From assembly GCA_040901985.1 (NCBI GenBank), contig JBBDYC010000009.1, positions 60,364-124,363 of the forward strand: a stretch of DNA of 64,000 nt, written 5' to 3'. The notes beneath the pieces were generated by a model. The model saw nothing but the letters and a program-made list of their open reading frames with translations, was not told the DNA's origin and did no database searches. Shown piece after piece: positions 39,181-52,233 of this stretch. The position numbers were made by a program, and so were the translations under genes. Origin of the DNA: Gemmatimonadaceae bacterium. Its GTDB lineage: Bacteria > Gemmatimonadota > Gemmatimonadetes > Gemmatimonadales > Gemmatimonadaceae. How positions within the stretch are numbered: position 1 is the stretch's first letter; every line of letters starts with the position of its first letter.

Positions 39181-39499
39181 GTACGTCACCTACGACGCGC
39201 GCGAACTCGGGCCCGGCCGCGTCAACCAGGCGCTGATTGACAGCTTCACTGAGGAAGACATCGAGCGGATGGCCGCCGAAGATGATGCGGGCGAGATCTG
39301 GGGCGAAATGCGCCTCGTGCCGCCCATCGTCAAGCAGCCCATCACCATCCGCATTGACGACGACATCCTCGCCTGGTTCAAGGCCCAAGGTGCCCGATAC
39401 CAAACCAAGATGAACCGCGTGCTACGCACGTACGTCACGGCGATGAAAGCCAAGGTACCCAAGGCCCAGGCGCTTGACGGCAAACGAAAACCGCGGTAG
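39149..39499 (+). CDS. BrnA family antitoxin
   Basis: KQPITIRIDDDILAWFKAQGARYQTKMNRVLR. Confidence 0.88.
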   Translation: MPKPSTKRRPKYVTYDARELGPGRVNQALIDSFTEEDIERMAAEDDAGEIWGEMRLVPPIVKQPITIRIDDDILAWFKAQGARYQTKMNRVLRTYVTAMKAKVPKAQALDGKRKPR

Positions 39500-39523
39500 C
39501 GTAACTGTAGCCAACTACGCTAC
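39496..39523. promoter_or_regulatory. Inverted-repeat operator in front of the antitoxin/PIN pair
   Basis: gtagcgta-N12-tacgctac. Confidence 0.5.
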
Positions 39524-39535
39524 AGGGAGCCTACC

Positions 39536-39850
39536 GTGGTCAAGCTGCCAGTCACCTATCGCGAGCTGCGAAACACTCCTGGGCGCGTCTTTGAGCGCCT
39601 GGCGGACGGCGAACCGCTTCCTTTGGTCGCCGACGGAACCACAAAGGCGCTCATCGTCCCCGTAGCGGACGGAGATGTCGCGACGGCGCTTGAGGCGTGG
39701 CGTCGCGGCTCCGCACTGGTCGCGCTGGCGCAGCTTCAGGCCGACGCGCGTCGCGCGGGCCTGTCTGAAATGCCAATTGCCGAAGTCACCAAGGTGATCA
39801 AGTCCGTGAGGAAGGAGCGCCGCCGGCGCGAGACTCCCGACGAGCCGTAG
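39536..39850 (+). CDS. Phd/YefM-like antitoxin
   Basis: VTYRELRNTPGRVFERL...DGTTKALIVP; directly upstream of a PIN gene. Confidence 0.75.
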   Translation: MVKLPVTYRELRNTPGRVFERLADGEPLPLVADGTTKALIVPVADGDVATALEAWRRGSALVALAQLQADARRAGLSEMPIAEVTKVIKSVRKERRRRETPDEP

Positions 39851-39853
39851 GCC

Positions 39854-40261
39854 GTGCGCATTGTCCTCAACACAAACGTCGTGATCGCTTCGCTGCTCTC
39901 CGGCAGCGGGAGTCCTGCGCACACCCTCAGTCTGGTGCTCAACCGGTCCGTGACACCTCTGCTCGACCATCGGATTCTCGCCGAGTACCACGAGGTCGCC
40001 ACGCGTTCTGCGTTCTCGTTCTCTCGGCCGCTCGTTGACGCGGTCCTCGCCCGCATCAGCGAGGTCGCCGAGCACATCACGGCGCTCCCCCTCAAGCTGG
40101 CGCTCCCAGATCCGGATGACCGGTGCTTCGTTGAGGTCGCGGTTGCCGGCCGCGCCGATGCCGTCGTGACGGGGAATCTCAAACACTTCGTCCCGAAGAA
40201 TCGGAAACTCACCGTGCCTATTCTCACACCGCGACAATTCCTGGACCGACTCCGCCGATGA
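39854..40261 (+). CDS. PIN-domain (VapC-like) toxin with first catalytic Asp replaced by Asn
   Basis: MRIVLNTNVV (canonical VLDTNV), ILAEY, PDPDD..F, VVTGNLKHF, ILTPRQFL. Confidence 0.85.
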   Translation: MRIVLNTNVVIASLLSGSGSPAHTLSLVLNRSVTPLLDHRILAEYHEVATRSAFSFSRPLVDAVLARISEVAEHITALPLKLALPDPDDRCFVEVAVAGRADAVVTGNLKHFVPKNRKLTVPILTPRQFLDRLRR

Positions 40262-40794
40262 ACTCGATCCCCTCTGCACCGTGGACCCGCGCCGAGCTCA
40301 AGCGCCTTCCCGACGACGGGAACCGCTACGAAGTGCTCGACGGGCGGTTGCTCGTGACGCCGTTGCCTGGGGCGCCGCACCAGCGGACGGCCCTCGCCCT
40401 CAGCACAGCCCTCTTTGCATACTGCCGCAACCACTCCGTCGGGGTCGTCGTCGCGCCAGGGCCTGTCCCGCACGACGACAGCGAGCTGCAGCCGGACATC
40501 GCAGTCTACCTCGATTCCACCATACCGTTCGACGCCAACTGGGAGCGTTTTCCGCGCGCGGACCTCGTCGTCGAGATTCTTTCACCGTCAACCAGGCGGC
40601 GCGACCTCGGGATCAAGCGCGCAGCGTATCGCCGCTGGGGAATCCCCGAGTACTGGATCGTGGACACAGGGCGCCGCACCATCACCGTGGTTCGGCCCGG
40701 CCGCGAAGACGAGCTGGTCACCGACACCCTACGCTGGCGACCGAGGCCAGACGTCCCGGTTCTCGAGATCGCCCTCGCGACAATCTTCAGTTGA
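40258..40794 (+). CDS. Uma2 family endonuclease, copy 2
   Basis: PDDGNRYEVLDG, SELQPD, VEILSPST, WGIPEYWIVD; ATGA-coupled to the PIN gene. Confidence 0.9.
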   Translation: MNSIPSAPWTRAELKRLPDDGNRYEVLDGRLLVTPLPGAPHQRTALALSTALFAYCRNHSVGVVVAPGPVPHDDSELQPDIAVYLDSTIPFDANWERFPRADLVVEILSPSTRRRDLGIKRAAYRRWGIPEYWIVDTGRRTITVVRPGREDELVTDTLRWRPRPDVPVLEIALATIFS

Positions 40795-40909
40795 GCGCCG
40801 CCCGTACTCATTTGGTACTTGGCGCGGGTGCCTGATGACGCACTTGCGGCAGACTCCGCCCAGTCTGGGCAATGCCGAGTTGCGTCCTGTCGCCGAGGAG
40901 GGGTAGAGT

Positions 40910-41449
40910 ATGGGTATGGCCGCCGCATCGCACGTCTGGACTCGCGCCGAGCTTCTGGAACTCCCCGACGACGGGAACCGCTACGAGGTCCTCGACGGGC
41001 AGCTCCTTGTGACGCCGCTCCCCAGCGCGCGCCACCAGGTGGCTCACGGTCGCTTGTTTGTCGAGATTGGGGCCTACTGCCACCGCCACTCGCTGGGCGT
41101 GGCCGTCACGCCCGGTCCCGTCCCGCACGGGAAGAGTGAACTGCAGCCGGACATCGCGGTGTACCTCGGGGTTCCGCGTACGGCCGAACTCGTTTGGGAT
41201 AGCTTCCCTCGAGCGGCACTTGTTGTAGAGGTCCTATCGCCTTCCACGCGCCGTCGTGATCTCGGAGTGAAACGCGCCGCGTACCTCAAATGGGGGATCC
41301 CCGAGTACTGGATTGTGGACACGGATCGCCGGACCATCACCGTGGTGCGGTCGAATCGCGCGGATGAAGTGGTCACCAATAGTCTGCACTGGCAGCCGCT
41401 GCCGGAGCTACCTGCACTGGCGATCGCACTGAGTGAGGTGTTTCTCTAG
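40910..41449 (+). CDS. Uma2 family endonuclease, copy 3
   Basis: Same motifs as the other copies. Confidence 0.9.
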   Translation: MGMAAASHVWTRAELLELPDDGNRYEVLDGQLLVTPLPSARHQVAHGRLFVEIGAYCHRHSLGVAVTPGPVPHGKSELQPDIAVYLGVPRTAELVWDSFPRAALVVEVLSPSTRRRDLGVKRAAYLKWGIPEYWIVDTDRRTITVVRSNRADEVVTNSLHWQPLPELPALAIALSEVFL

Positions 41450-41484
41450 TTCCGCTGGTTCCGCAACACAATCCCCATTAGCCT

Positions 41485-42029
41485 ATGCATATGGCCACTG
41501 CCAGCCGCCCGTGGACCAGGAAGGACCTCGAACGACTCCCTGACGACGGGAATCGGTATGAGGTGCTGGATGGGGCGTTACTCGTGACGCCGCTGGCGGA
41601 CGCACGCCACCAAGGCACCGCTACGGACCTTACGATTCGGCTGGGATCGTACGCCGCCAACTACGGGATTGGCCGTGTATACTCGCCAGGCGCCATCCCG
41701 CACGGAACCAGCGAACTACAGCCCGACCTCCTCATTGTGCTGACTGCGGCCATCCCCGCATCCGGCAAGTGGGAGAATCTCCCGACGCCCGCCCTCGTCG
41801 TTGAGATCCTATCTCCATCAATGCGCCGCCGCGATCTCTTCCTCAAGCGCGAGGCGTATCTCCGCTGGGGCATCCCGGAGTACTGGATCGTGGACGTGGA
41901 CGAGCGCCACGTCACCATCGTGCGCGCCGGACACAGTGACGAGACAGTCACCGACACGTTGCACTGGCAGCCGCAACCTGAGGTGCCCGCGCTCGTGATC
42001 AAGTTGGACGAACTGTTTCCTAAGAGCCG

Positions 42030-42033
<4 letters not shown>
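41485..42033 (+). CDS. Uma2 family endonuclease, copy 4
   Basis: Same motifs; 3' end overlaps the alaS stop. Confidence 0.9.
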
Positions 42034-44756
<2,723 letters not shown>

Positions 44757-45012
44757 ATCGATGTAAGATAAGCATTTGCGGGAGAAAGCGACAACGCGGC
44801 CGATATCCCGTTAGCGGTGTATCTGGGCGGTGGCCCTGGTCGTCCTGCCCTTGCCGGTGAGAGTCCCAAGCTTCGGGGTGACCCCCCTCACTGCGCTACG
44901 AAGCCGCGCCTTTTAAGTATCCCTCCCGAGCGTCGCGGCACAGTCTGCCAGTAGCGCGTCAGCAGCAAAGTACCGAGATTTAGCTCCCTTTCCCTCTCAA
45001 TCAGCCCTGACG

Positions 45013-46590
45013 GTGCTACCGCAGATTCTCTCGCCAACCGAAGTACTCGTCCAACATCTGGCAGCGTTGCTGCTCGGGTTCGGGCTGACGGCGGGGGCAA
45101 TCCCCTGGATCATCCGCTTCTCGCTCAAGTACCACCTGCTCGACGAGCCGGATGGAGATCGTCGCATACACACCGTAGCGGTCCCGCGTCTGGGAGGCGT
45201 GGCGCTCTTCGCCGGCACCGCGGTCACGGCCGCGCTGTTGATGCTCTACGCCTACAGCCGCGGCGTCCTCGCGGTACCCTATCCGCGACTGCTGCCGGGT
45301 ATCGTTCTCGGCGCGGCCATCGTTTTCATCACCGGGATCTTCGACGACTTGAGGGGCGTGCCTCCCCGGGCCAAGCTCGCCGCGCAGACGCTGGCCGCGC
45401 TCGCGGTCGTCGCCTACGGCTTCCAGATTGACACGCTCGCCCTCTCGCCGACGTCCGCGGTGGTGTCGCTTGGGATCCTGTCCATCCCCATCACGCTCCT
45501 CTGGATCGTGGGGATGACCAATGCGTTCAACCTGATTGATGGGATTGACGGGTTGGCCGGGACGGTGGCGATGATTGCCATCGTGACCTCGATGGGCGTG
45601 GACCTCTACCTGCACGACTACCGGTCGCTCTTCATCTCGACGGCGATGCTGGGCGCCCTGTTCGGGTTCCTCCGGTACAACAACAGCCCGGCACGGATCT
45701 TCCTCGGCGACTCGGGTTCGATGACGATCGGATTCTTCCTCTCGATCCGGGTCGTGATCAGCGCGACGACGGCGGACGGCAGGCTCTACGTCCTCGTCCC
45801 AATCTTCGCCCTCGCCTTCCCGCTCCTCGACACGGCCATCGCCATCGCGCGCCGCTGGCTTCGCGGCCACCCCTTCTCGCGCGCCGATGGACGGCATATC
45901 CACCATCAGGTGCTCGCGCTCGGACTCGGCACGCGACAGACGGTGAACATCCTCGGATTCTTCTTCGCCGGCGTCGCGGCGCTCGGACTCTCGGTCTCGT
46001 TTGCGCCGCCTGAGTTCACGCTGGCGTTTATGGTCGCCGCCGCTGCCCTGCTTTTTGCCTCGTTCTTCTACGGCAGCCGGTGGCTACAGTACGAGGAGTT
46101 CGCCGAGCTGGGGAACAGCATTGCGTCGGTGGTGCGGAACGCGCGGGTGGTCGTGCGAGAAAAAATCCTCGCGAACGAGATTGCCGCGCAAATCCGCAAT
46201 GCCAAGACGCTCGACGAGGTGCGGATCCTGCTCGGCACGCTCGTGGACGACGTGCGCGTCCTCGACGTGGAACTCATCGCCGGCGACGTGCACGTGCACG
46301 GCCCCGAGCGCCAACAGATTTCACCGGTGGATCAGCTCCCGGTGCGCTTGGACTACCCCTTTGCCTGGCACACCGAGGGCGGCGTCCGCGAAGTGATCCT
46401 GCGCCTTTGGAGCGCCCGGCCACGGCCGGGCGGTCACCCCGCCACGGAACGAGTCGCGACCCGCATCGGCCCCGCGCTCGAGGATTGGTTCCAGCGCAAC
46501 AGTGGCGAGGCCACGCCCGTGTTTGGGATCGAGGCGGTGCCGCAGGCGCGCCGGACGCCCAAGCCGTTCTTCAAGCGGTCGGACGGCTAG
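45013..46590 (+). CDS. MraY/WecA family undecaprenyl-phosphate HexNAc-1-P transferase with C-terminal extension
   Basis: PRLGG, GIFDDL, NAFNLIDGIDGL, FLGDSGS, DGRHIHH. Confidence 0.9.
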   Translation: MLPQILSPTEVLVQHLAALLLGFGLTAGAIPWIIRFSLKYHLLDEPDGDRRIHTVAVPRLGGVALFAGTAVTAALLMLYAYSRGVLAVPYPRLLPGIVLGAAIVFITGIFDDLRGVPPRAKLAAQTLAALAVVAYGFQIDTLALSPTSAVVSLGILSIPITLLWIVGMTNAFNLIDGIDGLAGTVAMIAIVTSMGVDLYLHDYRSLFISTAMLGALFGFLRYNNSPARIFLGDSGSMTIGFFLSIRVVISATTADGRLYVLVPIFALAFPLLDTAIAIARRWLRGHPFSRADGRHIHHQVLALGLGTRQTVNILGFFFAGVAALGLSVSFAPPEFTLAFMVAAAALLFASFFYGSRWLQYEEFAELGNSIASVVRNARVVVREKILANEIAAQIRNAKTLDEVRILLGTLVDDVRVLDVELIAGDVHVHGPERQQISPVDQLPVRLDYPFAWHTEGGVREVILRLWSARPRPGGHPATERVATRIGPALEDWFQRNSGEATPVFGIEAVPQARRTPKPFFKRSDG

Positions 46591-46597
46591 GGAGCGG

Positions 46598-47395
46598 CTA
46601 CGGCATCCGCCCCAACGAAACCCGGTACGCAAACCTCTCACCCGAATCATTCAGCGACCCCACCTTGATCAGCACCCGCTCCCCGGCCTTCACGTCCACG
46701 GTGAGCGACTCATTCCCCGCATTCCCGCGCAGGTCCTGATCCGACCGCGCCGCCGGCTCGTCCAGCGCGTCATTGACGAACGCCTCGAGCACGATGTCCC
46801 CCTCCGTCTCGTCCTCCACCCGCGTGATCACGATCAGCGTCATCGCCTCGGTCGCCGTGATCGCGTACCAGTCCGCGAGGTCCCCGGCGTCGGGATCCAG
46901 CTGGTCGTCCTGCGCCGCGCCGACGGCAATCGCCCGCGCCGTGCCCGGACGCCCGTCGGGATCCGCGGCGACCGCGAACTCAGGCATCGGCGCAAAGGTC
47001 GCCACCACCCGGAAGGCCACCCCCCCGGACTGCCCATTGGTCCGGACCTCGACGCCGTAGCGACCCGCCCGCGGCACCACGACCGCGAGGTACTCCGACC
47101 CCACCTCGCCGCGAAGGTCGCGGTCGGCGGTCCCGTCCCGGAGCTCCTGCCCATCCTCGTCCGTCACCGCCAGCGTGAGGTCCGCCCCGCCGCTCGCCGC
47201 GACGGTCAGCACCCCCGCCGCATCGGTCGAGACGCGGTACTTCACGGCCTGCCCACGCGGCCCGGTCACGCCCGAGGTCGGGGCATTGAAGGCCAGCGTG
47301 GGCGCCTGGGCGCCAAGCAGGCCGGGCAACACGAGGGCGGCGAGTAGCACCACGAACAGCGTGACGATCACGGCGCGAGAGGACGGACGACGCAT
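46598..47395 (-). CDS. Exported protein with two PPC (pre-peptidase C-terminal)-like domains
   Basis: Signal peptide; repeated DxDLRG..G.E motif, AGRYGVEV, DLADWY. Confidence 0.6.
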   Translation of the reverse strand: MRRPSSRAVIVTLFVVLLAALVLPGLLGAQAPTLAFNAPTSGVTGPRGQAVKYRVSTDAAGVLTVAASGGADLTLAVTDEDGQELRDGTADRDLRGEVGSEYLAVVVPRAGRYGVEVRTNGQSGGVAFRVVATFAPMPEFAVAADPDGRPGTARAIAVGAAQDDQLDPDAGDLADWYAITATEAMTLIVITRVEDETEGDIVLEAFVNDALDEPAARSDQDLRGNAGNESLTVDVKAGERVLIKVGSLNDSGERFAYRVSLGRMP

Positions 47396-47563
47396 ACGGT
47401 CTCCAGGTGGGTTGGGGGACGGGGAAAACTGCCCCGGCCAGGGCCGCGGCGGTAGGCGGGTCGGCGCTTGCCAAGGAAAGGCGTAGGAACGGCGCTCGGC
47501 GCAATTGCTCGGTGCGGCTCCAAGCCCCGTGGAGGGCAAGGTTGACCTGAGTTCGCAGATCCC

Positions 47564-47592
47564 TTGCCTTATGGTACCGCATTTGGTACCAT
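47564..47592 (+). promoter_or_regulatory. hicAB promoter with overlapping palindromic operator
   Basis: TTGCCT-17 bp-TACCAT; ATGGTACC-N6-GGTACCAT. Confidence 0.6.
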
Positions 47593-47628
47593 TGGAGACC
47601 GACTATCATCACCACGCCTTGCGACGCA

Positions 47629-47859
47629 TTGCTGGCACGCGCGCGACGGAATCCGAGTGGACTCCGCTTCAGCGAGGTGTGCACGTTGGCGGAGTGTTTT
47701 GGTTGGACTTTTGATCGGTCAAGCGGCAGTCACCACATCTACAAGCGACTCGGCGACAGGCGCTTGATGAACTTCCAGGAGGTCCGCGGAATGGCCAAGC
47801 CCTATCAAGTGCGCCAGCTGCTTCGGGCGATTGATCTTCTGGACGACCCGGCCAACTGA
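47629..47859 (+). CDS. hicA: HicA family toxin (start codon doubtful)
   Basis: NPSGLRFSEV...SGSHHIY...AKPYQVRQ; only a TTG without SD, or in-frame ATC codons upstream. Confidence 0.7.
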   Translation: MLARARRNPSGLRFSEVCTLAECFGWTFDRSSGSHHIYKRLGDRRLMNFQEVRGMAKPYQVRQLLRAIDLLDDPAN

Positions 47860-47861
47860 CG

Positions 47862-48233
47862 ATGGCACCCCCGAACTACAGCTTCCGTGTGCTCTGGAGC
47901 GCCGAGGACGACGCCTACGTCGCGACGTCGCCCGAGTTCGCGGGCGTGTCGGGGATTGGAGACGATCCCGAGGCCGCGTTGACCGAGGCACGAGCCGCGC
48001 TCCGACTCGCAATCAAGAGCTACCAGTCGTCGCGTTGGGCGCTGCCTGACCCAGAATCAGTCGGCGAGTACAGTGGGCAGTTCCGCCTGCGACTGCCGCG
48101 GGGCTTGCACGCACGCCTCGCCCAACGCGCATCAGACGAAGGCGTCTCGTTGAACGCGTATGTCTCGAGCCTACTCGCCGAGGCGGTCGGCGGAGCCGTG
48201 CCTCAGGGCATCCTGCCCAAGGAAAGGCGGTAA
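47862..48233 (+). CDS. hicB: HicB family antitoxin
   Basis: WSAEDDAYVATSPEF, YSGQFRLRLPRGLHARL...GVSLN. Confidence 0.88.
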   Translation: MAPPNYSFRVLWSAEDDAYVATSPEFAGVSGIGDDPEAALTEARAALRLAIKSYQSSRWALPDPESVGEYSGQFRLRLPRGLHARLAQRASDEGVSLNAYVSSLLAEAVGGAVPQGILPKERR

Positions 48234-48292
48234 GCCGCCCGCCCACGCGTATCGCTCGATCACGCCGCCCGGCCGGGACCAGCTACCCTCCC

Positions 48293-48574
48293 GTGGACTT
48301 GTGCACCCCGACCCCTTACAGATTCAGCGAGGTCGTAAGGCGCGCGTTGGCGCACGAACCCCAGATCGTCGTCCGTGGCGGACGCGAGGAGGAGGCAGTG
48401 GTCGTCGTATCGAAGGCCAACTACGAGCGGCTCCCCGCCCCGCCGCTGCTGGTCGAGTTCCTGCGCCAATCCCCGCTCGCCCAAGCTGTCGCCGACGGCG
48501 CCTTTGGCGACCCGGCTACCGCCGAGCTCTTCCCACGCCCAGCCGACCCGGCGCGCGCCGTCGCATTCGACTGA
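48293..48574 (+). CDS. Orphan Phd/YefM antitoxin
   Basis: RFSEVVRRA..EPQIV...AVVVVS...YERL...LVEFL..SPL; no toxin ORF follows. Confidence 0.7.
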   Translation: MDLCTPTPYRFSEVVRRALAHEPQIVVRGGREEEAVVVVSKANYERLPAPPLLVEFLRQSPLAQAVADGAFGDPATAELFPRPADPARAVAFD

Positions 48575-48675
48575 CCGCGGGCAGCGTAGGGCCGAGCACG
48601 CCAGCCCCCAGCCGTCGCCCGTACGCCCGTAGGGGTTTTCCTGGCGCAATTGATGGCTTAGCGGTATCCTAACGG

Positions 48676-50781
48676 ATGGTCCTCCAGGAGCTCGTGCACA
48701 ACGCCGCCTTGCTGTTGGCGATCGTGCTGATCTTCGACGTGCGCGATCGTTGGGCCATCGGCGCGCTCAGCCGCCGGGGGACCTTGGTCCTCGACCTCGC
48801 CACGGGCGCCGCCGTGGGCGTCGCCGCGCTCCTCATTCTCTGGAGCGGCGTGCGCGTCGCGGCCGGCGGACTGGTGGACACCCGCTCCGTCCTCTTCTTC
48901 ATCTCCGGGCTCTACCTCGGCGCCGTCCCAACGCTCGTCGCCGCGGTGATGGGCATCCTCGGCCGCGTCTTCCTCGTCGGCGGCCCCGCCGCGGCGACCG
49001 GCGTCGCGGTCATCGTCACCTCGGCCGGGATTGGCCTCCTCTGGCGCAACTTCCGGCGCGAGCGGCTCACCGAGATCGCCTGGTACGAGTTCCTCACCGC
49101 CGGCGTGATCGTCAACGCCGTCCTCCTGCTCGACGTCTGGCTCTTCATCGGCCCTGCACGTGACACCGTCATCCCGCAGCTCGCGCCCGCCGCGCTCGTC
49201 GTCTTCCCGCTTCTCACGGTGGCCCTCGGACTGATCGCGGCGGCGCGCGCGCGGCGCGCGGTCGAGCACGCCACGACGCGGCTCGAGGCCGCCGCCCTCG
49301 ACGCCGCCGCCGACGCAACAGCCATCACGGACGTCAACGGCAACTTTATCTGGGTGAACCCGGCATTCACCCAACTCACCGGGTACAGGCCCGACGAGGC
49401 GATCGGCCGCAATCCGCGCGACCTCCAACGCTCGGGGGAGCAGGACCACGCCTTCTACGCGCAGATGTGGGCCACCCTCCTCGCGGGGAAGGTCTGGGCG
49501 GGCGAACTCACGAATCGGCGGAAGGACGGCACGGTCTACCTCGAGGAGCAGTCCATCACCCCCGTGATGGACGATAAGGGGACGGTCGCCCACTTCATCG
49601 CCTTCAAGCGCGACATCACGGCGCGGCGGCAGTTGGAGGCCCAGTACCGCCAGGCGCAGAAGATGGAGGGGATCGGCCGCCTCGCCGGCGGAATCGCCCA
49701 CGACCTCAACAACCTGCTGACGGTGATCAACGGCACCGTGGAACTCGCGCTCCCCTCGGCAAGGAACGACCCGGCGCTGCGCAACGACCTGATCGAGATT
49801 CACCGCGCCGGCGACCGCGCCGCCGCCCTCACCCGGCAGCTCCTCGCCTTCAGCCGGCGGCAGGTGATGCGCCCCGAGGTGCTCGACCTGAACGCGGTCA
49901 CCACCGAACTCCTCAAGATGTTGACCCGCGTGATCGGCGAGGACATCGTCGTCGAGACGGCGCTCGCCCCCGATCTCGGCAACATCCGCGCCGACGCCGG
50001 GCAGGTCGAACAGATCCTGATGAACCTCGCCGTGAACGCCCGCGACGCGATGCCGGAGGGCGGCACGCTGACCATCGCCACCGCCAACGTCGAGATTGAC
50101 GAGGAGTTCGCTGCGCGCCACGTGACGATGACACCCGGCCGCCACGTCCGCCTCACCGTCTCCGATACCGGGATCGGGATGGACGACGCGACGCAGGCGC
50201 GGATCTTCGAGCCATTCTTCACCACCAAGCGGGTGGGCAAGGGCACCGGCCTCGGCCTGTCCACGGTGTACGGCATCGTGAAGCAGAGCGGCGGAACCAT
50301 CTGGCTGTACAGCGAGGCCGGTCACGGGACGACGTTCAAGATCTACTTCCCGCAGGTGGACGACGCCGCGCGGGAGCGCCGCCCCGACACCGACCGCAGC
50401 ATTGTCGGCGGCAAGGAGACAATCCTCGTCGTGGAGGACGAGGACGCCATCCGCTTCGTCGCCGCCCGCGTCCTCGCGATGCAGGGGTACCGCGTGCTCA
50501 ACGCCGCCACCGGGACCGACGCCCTCGCCGTCGTCGCCGCCCAGGCCGAACGCGTGGACCTCCTCCTCACCGATATGGTGATGCCGGGAATGACCGGTCC
50601 CGAACTCGCCACCGCGATGGTGGCCAAGTACCCCGGCCTCAAGGTGATCTTCACCTCCGGCTACTCGGCCGACGCCGTGGCCCGGCAGTTCGGGATCTCC
50701 GAGGCCTCGCACTTCATCTCGAAACCCTACGGGCTGGCGGACCTCGCGCGCGAAGTGCGGCGCGCCCTCGACGGAGCGTGA
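48676..50781 (+). CDS. Hybrid sensor histidine kinase (LytS-type TM region, PAS, HisKA, HATPase, REC)
   Basis: [54 protein letters not shown]. Confidence 0.92.
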   Translation: MVLQELVHNAALLLAIVLIFDVRDRWAIGALSRRGTLVLDLATGAAVGVAALLILWSGVRVAAGGLVDTRSVLFFISGLYLGAVPTLVAAVMGILGRVFLVGGPAAATGVAVIVTSAGIGLLWRNFRRERLTEIAWYEFLTAGVIVNAVLLLDVWLFIGPARDTVIPQLAPAALVVFPLLTVALGLIAAARARRAVEHATTRLEAAALDAAADATAITDVNGNFIWVNPAFTQLTGYRPDEAIGRNPRDLQRSGEQDHAFYAQMWATLLAGKVWAGELTNRRKDGTVYLEEQSITPVMDDKGTVAHFIAFKRDITARRQLEAQYRQAQKMEGIGRLAGGIAHDLNNLLTVINGTVELALPSARNDPALRNDLIEIHRAGDRAAALTRQLLAFSRRQVMRPEVLDLNAVTTELLKMLTRVIGEDIVVETALAPDLGNIRADAGQVEQILMNLAVNARDAMPEGGTLTIATANVEIDEEFAARHVTMTPGRHVRLTVSDTGIGMDDATQARIFEPFFTTKRVGKGTGLGLSTVYGIVKQSGGTIWLYSEAGHGTTFKIYFPQVDDAARERRPDTDRSIVGGKETILVVEDEDAIRFVAARVLAMQGYRVLNAATGTDALAVVAAQAERVDLLLTDMVMPGMTGPELATAMVAKYPGLKVIFTSGYSADAVARQFGISEASHFISKPYGLADLAREVRRALDGA

Positions 50782-50873
50782 CCGGAAGGTGCGTCAACAG
50801 TTGACGCCCCCACTCCGTTATCCTTCGACGTTCGTTCGCGCCCGGCCCCATTCACGCCCTGGAGAGACGCCGC

Positions 50874-52121
50874 TTGCCGTCCTGCCCGACGTTCGTCCGC
50901 AGTCCGCTGGTCGCCGCTTTCGCCGCCGCACTCCTCGCCACCGCCGCCACCGCTCCCGCCCCCCTCGCCGCCCAAGAGCGCCCCGACCTGCCGAGTCTCG
51001 GCAACGGCGCCCGCGCCCTCGGACTCGGCTACGCGGTCACCGCGGTCGCCGACGACCTGAATGCGATTGGCTGGAACCCGGCCGGCCTGACCGCCATCAC
51101 GAGCGGGGAGTTTGCCCTCACCGCGCGACTGCTCGTGATGGGGGCCTCGGCGACGGTCAAGGACTTCAACCCGGACGTCTACCCCCAGTACGGCGGCGAG
51201 GGTGAGATCACCGGAGGGCTTGACCCGATTGAGTTCGTCGGGTTGGCCTTCCCCTTCACCATCGCCGGCCGCCGCGTCGTGCCGGCCGTCGCCTACCGCC
51301 GCCTCGCCGAGGGGATCCGGCCCGGCGAGTTCGAGACGTCACAGCGCCTCGCCAATGGGCGCTATTTCGGGTCCACCACCTACAAGACGACGGGCGGCGT
51401 CCGCGCAATCTCACCGAGCATCGGCATTGCGCTGCACGACCGCGTCCGCGTCGGGGCCACCGCCAACCTCCTGGGCGGGTCGAGCACGTACAGCATCCGC
51501 GGGCCCTACCCGTACCAGTACGCGATGCACGAGCGCGACTACGAGGGGCTCGCACTCGACGTCGGCACCCTGGTCACCGTCCGCGACGGCCTGACGCTCG
51601 GCCTGTACGCGACCCTGCCGCACGACCGCTCGTTCACGTTCGACAACGACACCACCGTGCGCGCCGTGACGCGCGCGGCGCCGCTGGCCCTCGCCCTGGG
51701 GATGGCGCTCGACCTCTCCAGGCGCGACCGCCTCAGCGCCGACATCCGGCACGCCCCCTGGTCCGCGGCCGCGTTCACCGACGACGCCAGCGGCGACAGC
51801 GTGGCCTCGCCGCTCGGCGTCAACGACGCCAGCTCGCTGCACATCGGCCTCGAGCGCGACGTGACGAACGACATCCGGACCTCGAAGGTGCGGCTCGGGC
51901 TCTTTGCCCGGCGGACCACCGCGGTGGACCTCAAGCGGAAGGCGATCAGCGGGCTCGGGGTCACCGGCGGGCAGAGTTGGTACTTTCCGTCGGTGAGGGT
52001 GGACGTGGGGCTCGCCTACCGGGCCAGCTCGCGCTGGGTGCGGTCGGAGGACTCGGCGTTCCGGCTGTCGCTGCGGAACCACGACTTTGCGCTTGCGGTG
52101 GGGCTGACGCGGCTGTTCTAG
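50874..52121 (+). CDS. Outer-membrane protein, FadL/OmpP1/PorV-like
   Basis: Signal peptide; GARALGLG.A.TAVADD..A..WNPAGL; terminal Phe. Confidence 0.75.
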   Translation: MPSCPTFVRSPLVAAFAAALLATAATAPAPLAAQERPDLPSLGNGARALGLGYAVTAVADDLNAIGWNPAGLTAITSGEFALTARLLVMGASATVKDFNPDVYPQYGGEGEITGGLDPIEFVGLAFPFTIAGRRVVPAVAYRRLAEGIRPGEFETSQRLANGRYFGSTTYKTTGGVRAISPSIGIALHDRVRVGATANLLGGSSTYSIRGPYPYQYAMHERDYEGLALDVGTLVTVRDGLTLGLYATLPHDRSFTFDNDTTVRAVTRAAPLALALGMALDLSRRDRLSADIRHAPWSAAAFTDDASGDSVASPLGVNDASSLHIGLERDVTNDIRTSKVRLGLFARRTTAVDLKRKAISGLGVTGGQSWYFPSVRVDVGLAYRASSRWVRSEDSAFRLSLRNHDFALAVGLTRLF

Positions 52122-52192
52122 CCGGGAACGCGGCGTAGGGCCTCCAGCTCGCGGAGCGACCGGCGTCAGGCGCCCTCGACCGCCTGGCGAAT
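52022..52192 (+). repeat. Left 171-bp direct repeat of island
   Basis: Matches 57531..57701 with about 10 substitutions; holds the 3' end of the OM-protein gene and a copy of the recX 3' end. Confidence 0.95.
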
Positions 52193-52233
52193 TGGAGTTC
52201 ACCCACCCTCGCGGACACCTCGATTAGCCCGCT

